Translations under genes and position numbers: made by a program | Part shown: positions 9,213 through 19,660 of the stretch, piece after piece | How the letters are laid out: every line of letters starts with the position of its first letter | Position numbering within the stretch: position 1 is the stretch's first letter | Assembly (NCBI GenBank): GCA_963732115.1 | Contig: CAVSYN010000005.1 | Location: 129,410 to 193,409 of the forward strand | Source of the DNA: an uncultured Bacteroidales bacterium | GTDB lineage: Bacteria > Bacteroidota > Bacteroidia > Bacteroidales > VadinHA17 | DNA length: 64,000 nucleotides | Direction: 5' to 3' | The notes under the pieces: generated by a model | Told to the model about the DNA's origin: nothing | The model's database searches: none | What the model saw: the letters and a program-made list of their open reading frames with translations, nothing else

Positions 9213-10574
9213 TTATTTTGAAATTGTCACTTCGTTTTTCTTCCTGAAGACAAAGTAAACCGGAATGCCCACTGCAACGGTCAGTAACGCAACCGATGAT
9301 TCCATTGGTCTTTCAAGGAATGACAGAACCAGGATTAGCGCTCCCGCTGCAATATATATTATCTGAGTTACATGGAAATCCCTTAAGCCTGACAGTCCCG
9401 GAATGGTTTTTTCTCAGTTTCCAGACCCCGGTAACAGTCATAATCGGAAATATCCCGAGTGCAAATCCCATGAATGTAAGCACCTGTTCGAATGTTCCTG
9501 AAACAGCAAGAATAGCAGCGATCAGACCCTGAAGGATTATCGAATTGGACGGGACCAGAAACTTGGGGTGAATTTTTGCCATCGACTTAAAAAACAGCCC
9601 GTCTTTCGCCATTGAATAATAAACCCTCGGACCTATTATTATAAATGCGCTTAAGAGATGAAAACAGCGCAAAGGCAATCAGGATTGAAAACAAGATCTC
9701 AGCAGATTTTCCAAACAGGTTTCCCATAGCCAGTCCTCCGATTGAAATAACTCCTTTCATTGCTTCAGGATCGGTACTGTAAACATATAATATATTGATA
9801 CCCAGATAAAGGATTATTACAATTCCTGTCCCGTAGATGAGTGAACGGGGAAGTATTTTTCCCGGATTCCTGATTTCAGCGCCAATATATGTTGAGGCAT
9901 TCCATCCGCTGTATGCGAACATAATCCACATAAGCGATAGCCCGATTGTCTTCCATCCCGGCAGGCCCGACGGAAGCCCGCCTCCCTTGCTGAAGTTTGA
10001 AAGATCACCGTTTCCGGATGATAACCCGGCTGCTAAAAGAACAACAATCAGAAGGACTTTGAGAAGCGTCAGTACATTCTGTATCCTGGCTCCGTATTTT
10101 ATTCCACGATAGTGAATGAATGTGAAAATAAGGATAACGGATACTGCAAGCAGCTTCTTCGCAAGGACAGGTCCCATTATGCCTGCATTCTGAAGCCCCT
10201 CTGTGAGGCCCGGGGACTGCTCTGGTAAAATATTCGCTGAAGCCAAGAGCCGAGGCTGCAATTGGCGCGGAAAAACCGACCATGAACGAGACCCACCCGC
10301 TCAGGAATCCAAAAACCGGATGGTATAATCTCGAGAGGAAAAGATATTCTCCTCCTGCGCCGGGCATGGCAGCCCCCAATTCACCATATGAAAGAGCGCC
10401 GCAAAGTGCAATTAATCCACCAATTGCCCACAGGGTCAGTATAAGAACAGGGTTATTAAGTCCCGACATCAGGAGTCCGGAAGTTGTAAAGATTCCTGCC
10501 CCTATCATATTGGCAACAACAATATTGGTTGCAGGAAACAGCCCCAGTTTCCTTTGCAGCTTTTGGTCAGGCAT
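9213..10574 (-). CDS. APC-family amino acid permease, split over at least four frames
   Basis: ORFs 10005..10574, 9587..10261 and 9313..9678 are consecutive hydrophobic permease segments (GAGIFTTSGLLM...). The C-terminus GIPVYFVFRKKNEVTISK* reads in a fourth frame and ends at 9213. Confidence 0.8.
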
Positions 10575-10602
10575 ATTTAATCGATGTTATTTTTCAGCTC
10601 TT

Positions 10603-11268
10603 TTATAGCTTATTGAGACTCCGGCTCCTGCGCTGTTTACACTGTGTCTCGTAATTCTTAAGGCTCTTTACATATTCGAGAAAGACAGCCTGACCACCGT
10701 ATCCTCCGTAACCACCACGTCCCCTTTCGGAAACATTGTGTGCAGTGAAACAACCTCCGACTTTCAGCTTGGGATCAATATCGACAAAGTAGTTTTTGTA
10801 CCAATCCTTATCAGCATCGCTGAAAACAAAATCAAAAGGTCCCTTCAGCTCTTTTACCAGTGCATGCGCATCAGCGAGCCTGGCGTCGATGTATTCTGAA
10901 ACCCCGGCCTTTTTAAAATTCTCAAGGGCAGTTTTGTACCTTCCTTCATCTATCTCGATTGTAGTAAGCTTTCCGCCGGTTTTACTGAGTGCCCATGCTA
11001 TCCAGATTCCTGAGTGTCCTGTGGATGTTCCGATTTCCAGTGCGGATTTGTAATTGCCTTTTATGATGAGATCATAAAGCAGCTGACCGTCAACCCATGG
11101 AACATTCATATCATACCACTGACGGGCATGCTCATTCAGGAATTTCTGACTTTTTCGTCAAGAGCCGGATCTGATTTGTGTTTGCTGGGCCATTGAAGTT
11201 TCAACACATGGGACCGCAATTAAGCAATATATAAATAATAAAAGTATTGCGGGAAATGATTTTTTCAT
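10603..11268 (-). CDS. Class I SAM-dependent O-methyltransferase with N-terminal signal peptide, one frameshift near 11150
   Basis: The SAM-binding region is ALEIGTSTGHSGIWIA...FDFVFSDADK. The upstream MKKSFPAILLLFIYCLIAV signal segment (start 11268) is in another frame. Confidence 0.75.
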
Positions 11269-11452
11269 GATCCTTTCAGTTAGTTAATTATTACAAAGCT
11301 ATAACTATTTCGAAGCATTAAATATTTGTCACAACGTCATAAAATTTTAATCTTGTGCAACATATCGTCATCATTTATAACACGATTTCAATTCTTTTTA
11401 TAACTTAACCTATAATTATCGGTAAAGTAATAATTTTTCTGTTCACACTGTT

Positions 11453-12987
11453 ATGAATAAGGAATTAAAAGTCAATCTTGTAAACATAACAATTTCATTA
11501 CTAGCCTTGTTCTTTGTTGCGATTCATCTTTTTTTCTCAGATAATCTTGAATATCACAGGGACGAGCTTCTATATTTTTCCCTTGGCCAGCATCCGGCTT
11601 TAGGTTACGCAACTGTCCCTCCGATGATAGGCTGGATTGCCTGGATCATGCAGAATACCTTCGGTTATTCAGTCTTTGCAGTCAGATTGTTCCCTGCTCT
11701 TGCAGGTGGATTCATGGTTATTCTGGCATCGTCGATGGCAAAAGAACTTGGAGGATCACCATTCTCAAGGATCCTTGCAGCCATCGGGATAATGGTATCC
11801 ATATTCAGCCTCAGGACCTTCTTTTTGTTTCAGCCTGTTCATATTGACCTTATTTTATGGACCCTGTTCTTTTACCTTGATATTAAAATACATTAACACT
11901 TCTTCGGGAAATTATCTAATCCTGCTCGGGATAACCGGAGGTGCAGCCCTGTTAAATAAGTACCTTATAGGTCTTCTATTCATAATATTTCTCGTGATTG
12001 TGCCCTTTACCCGGTACAGAACAATTTTCAGGGAAAGAAAATTCTGGTACGGCGTTCTGGCCGGCGGCCTGATCTTCCTTCCCAATCTTCTCTGGCAGTT
12101 GATGAACGGGTTGCCTGTTATCAATCATCTGACCGAACTTAAGGAAACCCAGCTTGTAAATGTTGACAAAACTAGCTTTCCTGATTGAACAGGTTGCAAT
12201 ACCGGGAGCTGCCTCAATTCTGACCATAGCAGGAATATTCTATCTTTTTCTCAATAAAAATGCCTGGAAATTCAGGTTTCTTGGATTGGTCGTAATAAGT
12301 GTAGTGATCACACTTATGCTTATGCATGGCAAGAGTTATTATACCCAGGGCATATTCCCGTTCCTGGTAGCAGCCGGAGCTGTATCGTGGGGAAGATTGC
12401 TTAAAAGAGGATGGTCAAAGGTTGTATTGATCTTTTTGATTTTAGCCCTTACAGTACCGGTAGTTCCGATAGGAATTCCCATATTCAAGGAGGAGAGGCT
12501 GGTGAAGTATTTTAAATATATCAGCACCAATTACGGGATGGATTTTGTATGCCGGTTTGAGGATAATTCAATTCATTCGTTGCCGCAGGATTATGCGGAT
12601 ATGCTAGGGTGGGAAGAACTCACCGCTGTTGCCAATAAGGCATGGCAGATGATCCCGGACAAAAAAGCAGCTTTTATTTATTGCGAAAATTACGGTCAGG
12701 CAGGGGCAATTACGGTCATAGGGAAGAAATACGGACTGCCCGAAGCAGTCTGTTTCAGTGAGAGCTTCAGATACTGGATACCTGAAAAATTTGATCCGGA
12801 CATAACATCTATGATTTATATTAATGATGAGCTTGGAGAGGATGTCAGGCAGGGTTTCAGGGAAGTGACAAAAATAGGAAGCATAACGAATCCCGATGCA
12901 AGGGAATACGGAACTTCGGTTTACCTTTGCCGTGACCCGCTGGGAAGCTTCAATGTTTTCTGGGTAAGGAGAATAATGGATCTGTAA
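11453..12987 (+). CDS. Glycosyltransferase family 39 (ArnT/PMT-like) membrane protein, split into three ORFs
   Basis: ORFs 11453..11896, 11844..12188 and 12160..12987 form one polytopic protein with the GT39-type N-terminal loop (YHRDELLYFSLGQHPALGY). Confidence 0.7.
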
Positions 12988-13010
12988 TCGGCTTTTAATA
13001 CTTTATAGCA

Positions 13011-14079
13011 ATGGTAGTTCTTAAAATCATTTTCAGAATCATTCTGGTTCTGGCAATTCTTTTAATAATTGGTTTTGCAGGGATAATCACCTATGCCCTG
13101 ATTTCAAATTACAAACCGGAACCGACGGAGATATTATCTGTTTCAAACAAACCGGATATGCTGTCGGATTCAGCAGTTTTATCCCTTTTAACATGGAACA
13201 TCGGATACTGCGGACTTGACAGGGAAATGGATTTCTTCTATGACGGAGGGACCAAGGTTATAACTCCGAAGAATAACTTTATTAAAAACCTGACAGCAGT
13301 AAAGGACTTTTTCAGGGAAAATGAAAACAATGATTTTATTCTTATCCAGGAAATAGATGAGAACAGCAAAAGAAGCTACCATTTTAATGAATATGATACA
13401 ATTAGCCACACTATGGTGGGATTCTTTCCATTTTTTGCAAAAAACTATGATGTCTTTTTTGTGCCGGTGCCCCCGTCAAATCCTATGGGTAAGGTATTAT
13501 CGGGTATTGCCACCTTCAGCAAATATCGCCCTTCATCATCGACCCGTTTTTCATTTCCGGGAGAGTACGGTTTCCCGAAACAGCTTTTTATGCTCGACCG
13601 CTGTTTCATGGTAAACAGGTACTCCCTGTGCTGACGGCAGAGAGCTCCTTATTATCAATACACATAACGAAGCTTTCGATCCGGGCGAAATAAGAAAGGC
13701 TCAGATGGCCTTTCTGAAGGAGTTTCTTCTTTCAGAATATGCTAAAGGCAACTATATCATAGCCGGGGGTGACTGGAATCAATCTCCTCCGGGTTTTCAG
13801 CCCGAATTTGGCAATAACAAAGTAAACACTGATCAGATGATGATGAATTCCGATTACCTTCCTCCCGAATGGAAGTGGGTTTATGACAATAAAATACCAT
13901 CGAACAGGAGTGTGACAGCATCATATGATCCTTCATCGACAACTACCACTGTAATTGATCTGTTTTTACTTTCACCAAATGTCAGACTGGAATCAGTTCA
14001 GTGCATTAATCTTGAATTTGAAAATTCCGATCATAACCCGGTGAAAATAAGGGTAAAGCTTCAAAAACAAAATTTTTAA
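13011..14079 (+). CDS. Endonuclease/exonuclease/phosphatase family protein, one frameshift near 13620
   Basis: EEP motifs are LLTWNIGY, IQEID, (I)NTHNEAFD read in a shifted frame, GDWN, and SDHNPV at the C-terminus. Confidence 0.75.
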
Positions 14080-14163
14080 GTAATTTTGATAAAGGATTGA
14101 CGAACTTCAGGATTCCCGCAATCGCGGCTACAAAATAACTGGTTACTTCTAAAAAACCTGAAT

Positions 14164-14605
14164 ATGAACTTTTCAGATTTCATTAAGAATAATGGAAAGC
14201 GGATCAGCAAGGAGCATTACATACATCTTGTTCAGGTCTCAAAGGCTGACGGCAAGATCAATCCGACCGAACGTGATCTGCTTCACAAGGAAGGCAGGAA
14301 ATTTGGTCTTACCGATCCGGAGATAGACAAATTTATTGAACATGAGATTAGAAATAACTATGATCCGCCTTACAGTCTTGCTGATAAGTTTGAACATCTG
14401 TATAACATTGCAGAAATGATACTTGCAGATGAGGTTATTAGCTGAAGGAGAAAAGAAATTACTGAAGCGGTTTGCCATAGAAGCAGGATTCAGCGACAAG
14501 ACTATTCCAAAGCTGATCGATTTGCTGCTGAACGGCATCAAAAAGGGAGATGATGAGGATAAGCTGTTTCAGGAATTCAAAAAGAAAATCCTTTTCAAGG
14601 ACTGA
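14164..14605 (+). CDS. TerB-like small protein (tentative), one frameshift near 14440
   Basis: It has two repeats of the helical ADGKI.P.E...L pattern. The call is by resemblance only. Confidence 0.4.
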
Positions 14606-14704
14606 ATATTTAGTCATTCAATTTAATTCTTCTATTGACTTGTTTTTAAATATTGTTTAACTTGTAATGGTAATTACCTGATATTTAACCAAAACAAGTC
14701 AGAT

Positions 14705-15217
14705 ATGAAAATCCTTTTTACAGGATTTGTCGCATTTGTTGTCTGGTCATTCTTTTCAACCTGGCTTTTTGTTGACATTTTACGGCCTTCACTGAAGAAA
14801 CCCGAACCTGTGCAGATAATTCCTGAAACCACTAACAGATGTGGCAGATTCATTGGCGAAAATTTATGCGCTGATGCCAAAAGATCTTGTTATCCCCTAT
14901 GAATTTGATAAAGCCAGATTCACGCCTGATCCCCAGCTTGAAACAAGCCTGACGGAATTCAAAAGCTGGCTGGATAAATACCCGGCATCGATGTTGCTCG
15001 TAACAGGGTATACTGATCTTGTCGGAACGCCTGAGTATAATCAGGCTCTCGGACTGGAAAGAGCCCGGGCCGTGCAAAAATACCTTGAAGGCAAAGGATT
15101 CCCCACTGCAAAAATGATAGTCGCTTCCAGAGGAGAGGAAGATCCCGGTAGCAGGTTATATCACATTCCGAGGAGCGTGCTAAAAACAGAAGAACAGTAA
15201 TCTCAATTAAAAAATAA
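14705..15217 (+). CDS. OmpA-family protein with N-terminal TM segment, two frameshifts
   Basis: The OmpA C-terminal-like motif is LVTGYTDLVGTPEYNQALGLERARAV. The ending AKNRRTVISIKK* is in a shifted frame. Confidence 0.7.
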
Positions 15218-15228
15218 ACAATTTACAG

Positions 15229-15800
15229 ATGAAAACAATATTATTACTCCAAGCAATGTCGCTGACAGCTGCAGTATGTGCTGACGATCGCACTGCTGCT
15301 TGTGGCCGGTCTGATAGGGTACCTGACAGCCTGGTATTATGCAAAGTCGGTTTATACTCCAATAATTAAGAAGCTTGAAGATGAAAAGGCACAGTTGAAC
15401 CGCGAAATCGCCGGATTAAAAGATGATATAACAAAGCTTAACGGCAAAATAGCGGACCTGAATAAAAAGATTGAGGATCTTGATAAGGATGTATCAGAGA
15501 AGGAGAAGAGAGATTTCCAAAAAGGTTGATATCATTACAGCCCTTGAATCAGAAATGGCTGAGTTGAAAAAGAAAATCAAAGGTCTAGGAAATGCACGCG
15601 GTGTCCTAATAGATACCACCTCCCCCTGCCGTTGCCGGTACAGATCTGAAATAAGCGCTGGCGCGGATTTGGCTGCGCCGAGCTCGCAAAAGTATTTCAT
15701 TCGTACATCGCTGGCGCGGATTTGTAATCCGTGCCCTTTTGATTTCATTTATTCTCGGCCCCGATTACAAATCGACGCCGGCAGAAACGAAATCCTTTAA
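15229..15800 (+). CDS. Membrane-anchored coiled-coil protein; frameshifted, with an uncertain 3' end that runs into repeat elements
   Basis: A TM segment (LTIALLLVAGLIGYL) is followed by heptad-rich LEDEKAQLNREIAGLKDDITKLNGKIADLNKKIEDL. The last ~200 nt of the ORF translate REP-like DNA. Confidence 0.4.
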
Positions 15801-15871
15801 CCTCGGAGTTCACGGAGTGCCACGGAAATGCACTGAGAAGAACTGTGGAACTCCGCATTAACTTCGTGAAA
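15801..15871. repeat. Structured REP-like element immediately 3' of carB
   Basis: cggagttc (15803-15810) pairs with gaactccg (15848-15855), with inner agtgc/gcact pairing and ctctgtgg-type units. Upstream, at about 15655-15775, are cggatt tgt aatccg and cgatt aca aatcg hairpins and a duplicated gctggcgcggattt. Confidence 0.5.
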
Positions 15872-15890
15872 CTCTGTGGTTAAAAGAGTT

Positions 15891-18800
15891 TTAGTCTTCT
15901 ATGGCCGAATGATAATCCTGTAGCGATCTTACTTTATATTCCCCGTTTTGCCTTTCCTTGATACCTTCCGTTGCTGAAAGTGCAGCTGATGTGGTTGTTA
16001 TATAAGGGATCTTATATTTTATAGCATTTTTCCTGATATACGAATCGTCATATTCACTCAACCTGCCGGCCGGAGTATTTACAACAAGGTCTATTCCCTT
16101 GTTCTTGATAGCATCTACAATATTTGGCCTTCCCTGGTGCACCTTGAGGATCAGTTCAGCTTCAATTCCATGTTCAGCAAGAAAATGCAGTGTTCCTCCG
16201 GTCGACAGGATTTTGAAACCCATATCCCTGAAATTCCTTGCCGCTTCAACAATGCGATTCTTGTCACGGTCAGCAATCGTTATCAATACAGTCCCCTTAA
16301 TGGGCAGAGGCGATTGGGTAGCCTCCTGCGATTTAAAGAATGCCATACCGTACGAATCAGCCATTCCCAGAACCTCGCCGGTTGAACGCATTTCCGGTCC
16401 AAGGAGAGGATCAATTGCCGGGAACATATTAAACGGGAAAACCGCCTCCTTTACCCCAAAATGCTTAATGGTCCTTTTCTTAAGGTTGAAATCCGATAAT
16501 TTTTTTCCTAAAAGTATCTGGGTTGCGATTCTTGCCATTGAGATATTGCAAACTTTTGATACCAGCGGGACTGTTCGTGATGCCCTTGGATTGGCTTCGA
16601 GAATATAAACAGTATCTTCATATATGGCGTACTGGATATTGAGCAGGCCAACGACCTTAAGCTCCATGGCAATTTTGCGCGTATAATCGTAGATTGTCTT
16701 TTTATGATCTTTACGGATCACAACAGGAGGAATAACGCAGGCTGAGTCGCCTGAATGAATTCCTGCATATTCAATATGCTGCATTACGGCAGGGACAAAA
16801 GCATCAATACCATCAGAAATTGCATCAGCCTCTGACTCTATGGCATCCTCGAGGAATTTATCAAGAAGCAATGGCCTGTCGGGGGAAACCCCTACCGCTT
16901 TTGCAACATATTCTTCAAGCATTTCTTCGTCTAGTATGATCTTCATTGCCCGTCCGCCAAGAACGTAGGATGGCCTTATCATAAGCGGATACCCGATCCT
17001 TGCAGCGATCTTCAGGGCATCATCGATATTGCCTGCCATACCGGATTCAGGCTGAGGAATTCCAAGCTTATTCATCACATGTCTGAAGCGGTCACGGTCT
17101 TCAGCCAGGTCAATTGTTTCGGGCGTTGTTCCCAGGATTTTGACCCCTGCTTCGGCAAGCTCATTTGCCAGATTAAGCGGTGTCTGTCCCCCAAATTGTA
17201 CAATTACTCCCTCAGGTTTTTCCTTGAAATAAATGCTCAGCACATCTTCTGCAGTCAGAGGTTCAAAATAAAGCTTGTCAGATGTGTCATAGTCGGTTGA
17301 AACGGTTTCGGGATTGCAGTTTACCATTATCGATTCATAGCCTGCATCGCGGATAGCGAAAGCCGCATGGACGCAGCAATAATCAAATTCAATGCCCTGT
17401 CCGATCCTGTTTGGTCCGCCTCCCAGCACCATTATCTTTTTCCTGGTGCTCACCTCCACCCTGTCAGGAGCATTGTAGGTTGAAAAGTAATATGAAGCAT
17501 TTTTAACACCGCTTACGGGTACAGGCTCCCAGGCTTCACAGAGCCCCAGTGACAGACGCTTTGCCCGAATCACTTTCTCATGAATTCCCAGCAACATCGA
17601 AAGATACCTGTCAGCAAATCCGTTCTTCTTTGCGTGTATCAGCAGATCGTTAGGAGGCATCATTCCCTTGTAAGCCAGCAGCTTTTCTTCTTCCTCCACA
17701 AGCTCTTTCATCTGACTGATGAACCACGTTTTAATATGAGTCTTCCGGAAGAGCTCTTCTATGTCAGCCCCTTTGCGAAGGGCTTCGTACATTATGAACT
17801 GCCGTTCGCTCGACGGAATGTTGAGCATACTCATCAGTTCGGGGAGAGATTTTTTATTAAAATCCTTTGCGAATCCAAGCCCGTACCGGCCGATCTCAAG
17901 TGACCGGATTGCCTTCTGAAGGGCTTCCTTATAAGTTTTGCCGATGCTCATCACTTCACCTACAGCCTGCATTTGGGTGCCAAGCTTATCTTCAAGCCCT
18001 TCGAATTTTTCGAATGTCCACCTCGCAAATTTTACAACTACATAGTCGCCTGACGGTGTATATTTTTCGAGTGTCCCTTCGCGCCAGTATGGAATTTCAT
18101 CGAGGGTCAAACCTCCTGCGAGCAGGGATGACACAAATGCAATGGGAAATCCAGTAGCCTTTGAAGCAAGGGCGGATGAGCGGGATGTGCGGGGATTTAT
18201 TTCAATTACTACCACTCTGCCGGTTTCAGGATCATGGGCAAACTGGATATTTGTTCCGCCAATAACCTCTATTGCTTCAACAATGTCGTAGGAATACTTC
18301 TGAAGTTTTTTCTGCAATTCCGGATCTATGGTAAGCATCGGGGCGGTGCAGAATGAATCGCCAGTATGAACTCCCATAGCATCGACGTTTTCGATAAAAC
18401 ATACCGTTATCATCTGTTTCTTTGAGTCCCTGACGACTTCAAGTTCAAGTTCCTCCCAGCCAAGGACAGATTCTTCGATAAGTATCTGGTTAACAATGCT
18501 TGCGGATAAGCCCCTGCTTGCGATTGTTTGTAATTCCTCGAGATTATATACCAGGCCTCCTCCCGTGCCGCCCATAGTATAGGCAGGTCTGATCACAACC
18601 GGATAACCAAGTTCAGCAGCTACAATTTCTGCATCTTCCACAGTATTGACAGCCTTGCTCTTCGGCATATCGATATTGAGCCGGGTCATAGTCTCCTTGA
18701 AAGCAATCCGGTCCTCGCCTCTTTCAATGGCATCAATATTAACGCCTATTACCTCAACATTGTATTCCTTCAGGACGCCGCTTTTTGCCAATTGGGATGA

Positions 18801-19094
18801 AAGGTTCAATCCGGTTTGTCCACCCAGGTTAGGAAGCAAGGCATCAGGCCGTTCTTTTTTGATTATTTCAGTAAGTGCGTATTCGTTAAGCGGTTCAATA
18901 TAAGTCACGTCAGCAATTCCCGGGTCGGTCATGATTGTTGCGGGATTTGAGTTCACCAGTACTATTTTGTAACCAAGTGAACGCAGCGCCTTGCAGGCTT
19001 GCGTTCCGGAATAGTCAAATTCACAGGCCTGTCCGATGATTATCGGTCCTGAACCGATGATCAGGACTTTATTAATATCTTCCCGTTTTGGCAT
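15891..19094 (-). CDS. carB: Carbamoyl-phosphate synthase large subunit
   Basis: Intact 1067-aa ORF with duplicated ATP-grasp halves and an MGS-like C-terminus. The N-terminus KVLIIGSGPIIIGQACEFDYSG is characteristic. Confidence 0.95.
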   Translation of the reverse strand: MPKREDINKVLIIGSGPIIIGQACEFDYSGTQACKALRSLGYKIVLVNSNPATIMTDPGIADVTYIEPLNEYALTEIIKKERPDALLPNLGGQTGLNLSSQLAKSGVLKEYNVEVIGVNIDAIERGEDRIAFKETMTRLNIDMPKSKAVNTVEDAEIVAAELGYPVVIRPAYTMGGTGGGLVYNLEELQTIASRGLSASIVNQILIEESVLGWEELELEVVRDSKKQMITVCFIENVDAMGVHTGDSFCTAPMLTIDPELQKKLQKYSYDIVEAIEVIGGTNIQFAHDPETGRVVVIEINPRTSRSSALASKATGFPIAFVSSLLAGGLTLDEIPYWREGTLEKYTPSGDYVVVKFARWTFEKFEGLEDKLGTQMQAVGEVMSIGKTYKEALQKAIRSLEIGRYGLGFAKDFNKKSLPELMSMLNIPSSERQFIMYEALRKGADIEELFRKTHIKTWFISQMKELVEEEEKLLAYKGMMPPNDLLIHAKKNGFADRYLSMLLGIHEKVIRAKRLSLGLCEAWEPVPVSGVKNASYYFSTYNAPDRVEVSTRKKIMVLGGGPNRIGQGIEFDYCCVHAAFAIRDAGYESIMVNCNPETVSTDYDTSDKLYFEPLTAEDVLSIYFKEKPEGVIVQFGGQTPLNLANELAEAGVKILGTTPETIDLAEDRDRFRHVMNKLGIPQPESGMAGNIDDALKIAARIGYPLMIRPSYVLGGRAMKIILDEEMLEEYVAKAVGVSPDRPLLLDKFLEDAIESEADAISDGIDAFVPAVMQHIEYAGIHSGDSACVIPPVVIRKDHKKTIYDYTRKIAMELKVVGLLNIQYAIYEDTVYILEANPRASRTVPLVSKVCNISMARIATQILLGKKLSDFNLKKRTIKHFGVKEAVFPFNMFPAIDPLLGPEMRSTGEVLGMADSYGMAFFKSQEATQSPLPIKGTVLITIADRDKNRIVEAARNFRDMGFKILSTGGTLHFLAEHGIEAELILKVHQGRPNIVDAIKNKGIDLVVNTPAGRLSEYDDSYIRKNAIKYKIPYITTTSAALSATEGIKERQNGEYKVRSLQDYHSAIED

Positions 19095-19296
19095 AATTGT
19101 TAAGGCGATTTGTTGATTTACCGGAACTTTATAAATGAAACAATGACCTGCAATTTAAAAAATCAAACTGATATTGAAAATGGCTTGCTACTCTTTCAAA
19201 TATATTCATTCCCAAGTCACATGTACTCACCCCCTTTTATTCCCCCTCTCTACTTCGTAACGAGGGGGAACTACTTAAAATATAATGTATTACGAA

Positions 19297-19517
19297 GGTT
19301 GTTGAAAAAGTCAGGTGAACCATTCCGTCATGACCCTTCGGGCGGCCACCCCTGCATTCTGGCTCTTTCACTAAAATAGCCTACCAGGCTATTTTTTAAC
19401 GCTCAGCCCCCTTGAGAACCAGGGGAAAGTATTGATATACAACACCATAACTTTCTCCTCCTTTTTAAGGGGGTACCCCCGACTTGTCGGGGGGGAGGTG
19501 GTTGGCTTTTTATACAG
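19297..19517 (+). repeat. ~220-bp structured intergenic repeat, copy A
   Basis: It is near-identical over the first ~165 nt to 21989-22213. It contains the terminator-like atagcct acc aggctat TTTTTT, the cccc..gggg hairpins and the terminal GGGGGAGGTGGTTGGCTTTTT. Confidence 0.8.
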
Positions 19518-19660
19518 TCACTTGTAGGGTTTGTACATCTCACTTACCGACTTTACATTTAATGTTTCAGCCAGGAGGAAATCCATAATAATCTCGTAAA
19601 TTTATTATCAGGTAAGACACTTCCGGATTTTGATATAAACCAACTAAAACCTATATAATC

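Noticed and set aside
19389-19448. A 19-codon micro-ORF (MVLYINTFPWFSRGLSVKK) on the minus strand of repeat copy A. It has a perfect AAGGAGG 8 nt upstream and is also present in copy B (22081-22140) with one F-to-Y change.
   Set aside because: The SD-like sequence is one arm of the ctcctcc/aggagg hairpin, and Bacteroidota rarely use SD-led initiation. The single difference between copies is non-synonymous, so nothing indicates purifying selection on coding. Ribosome profiling would be needed to revive this.
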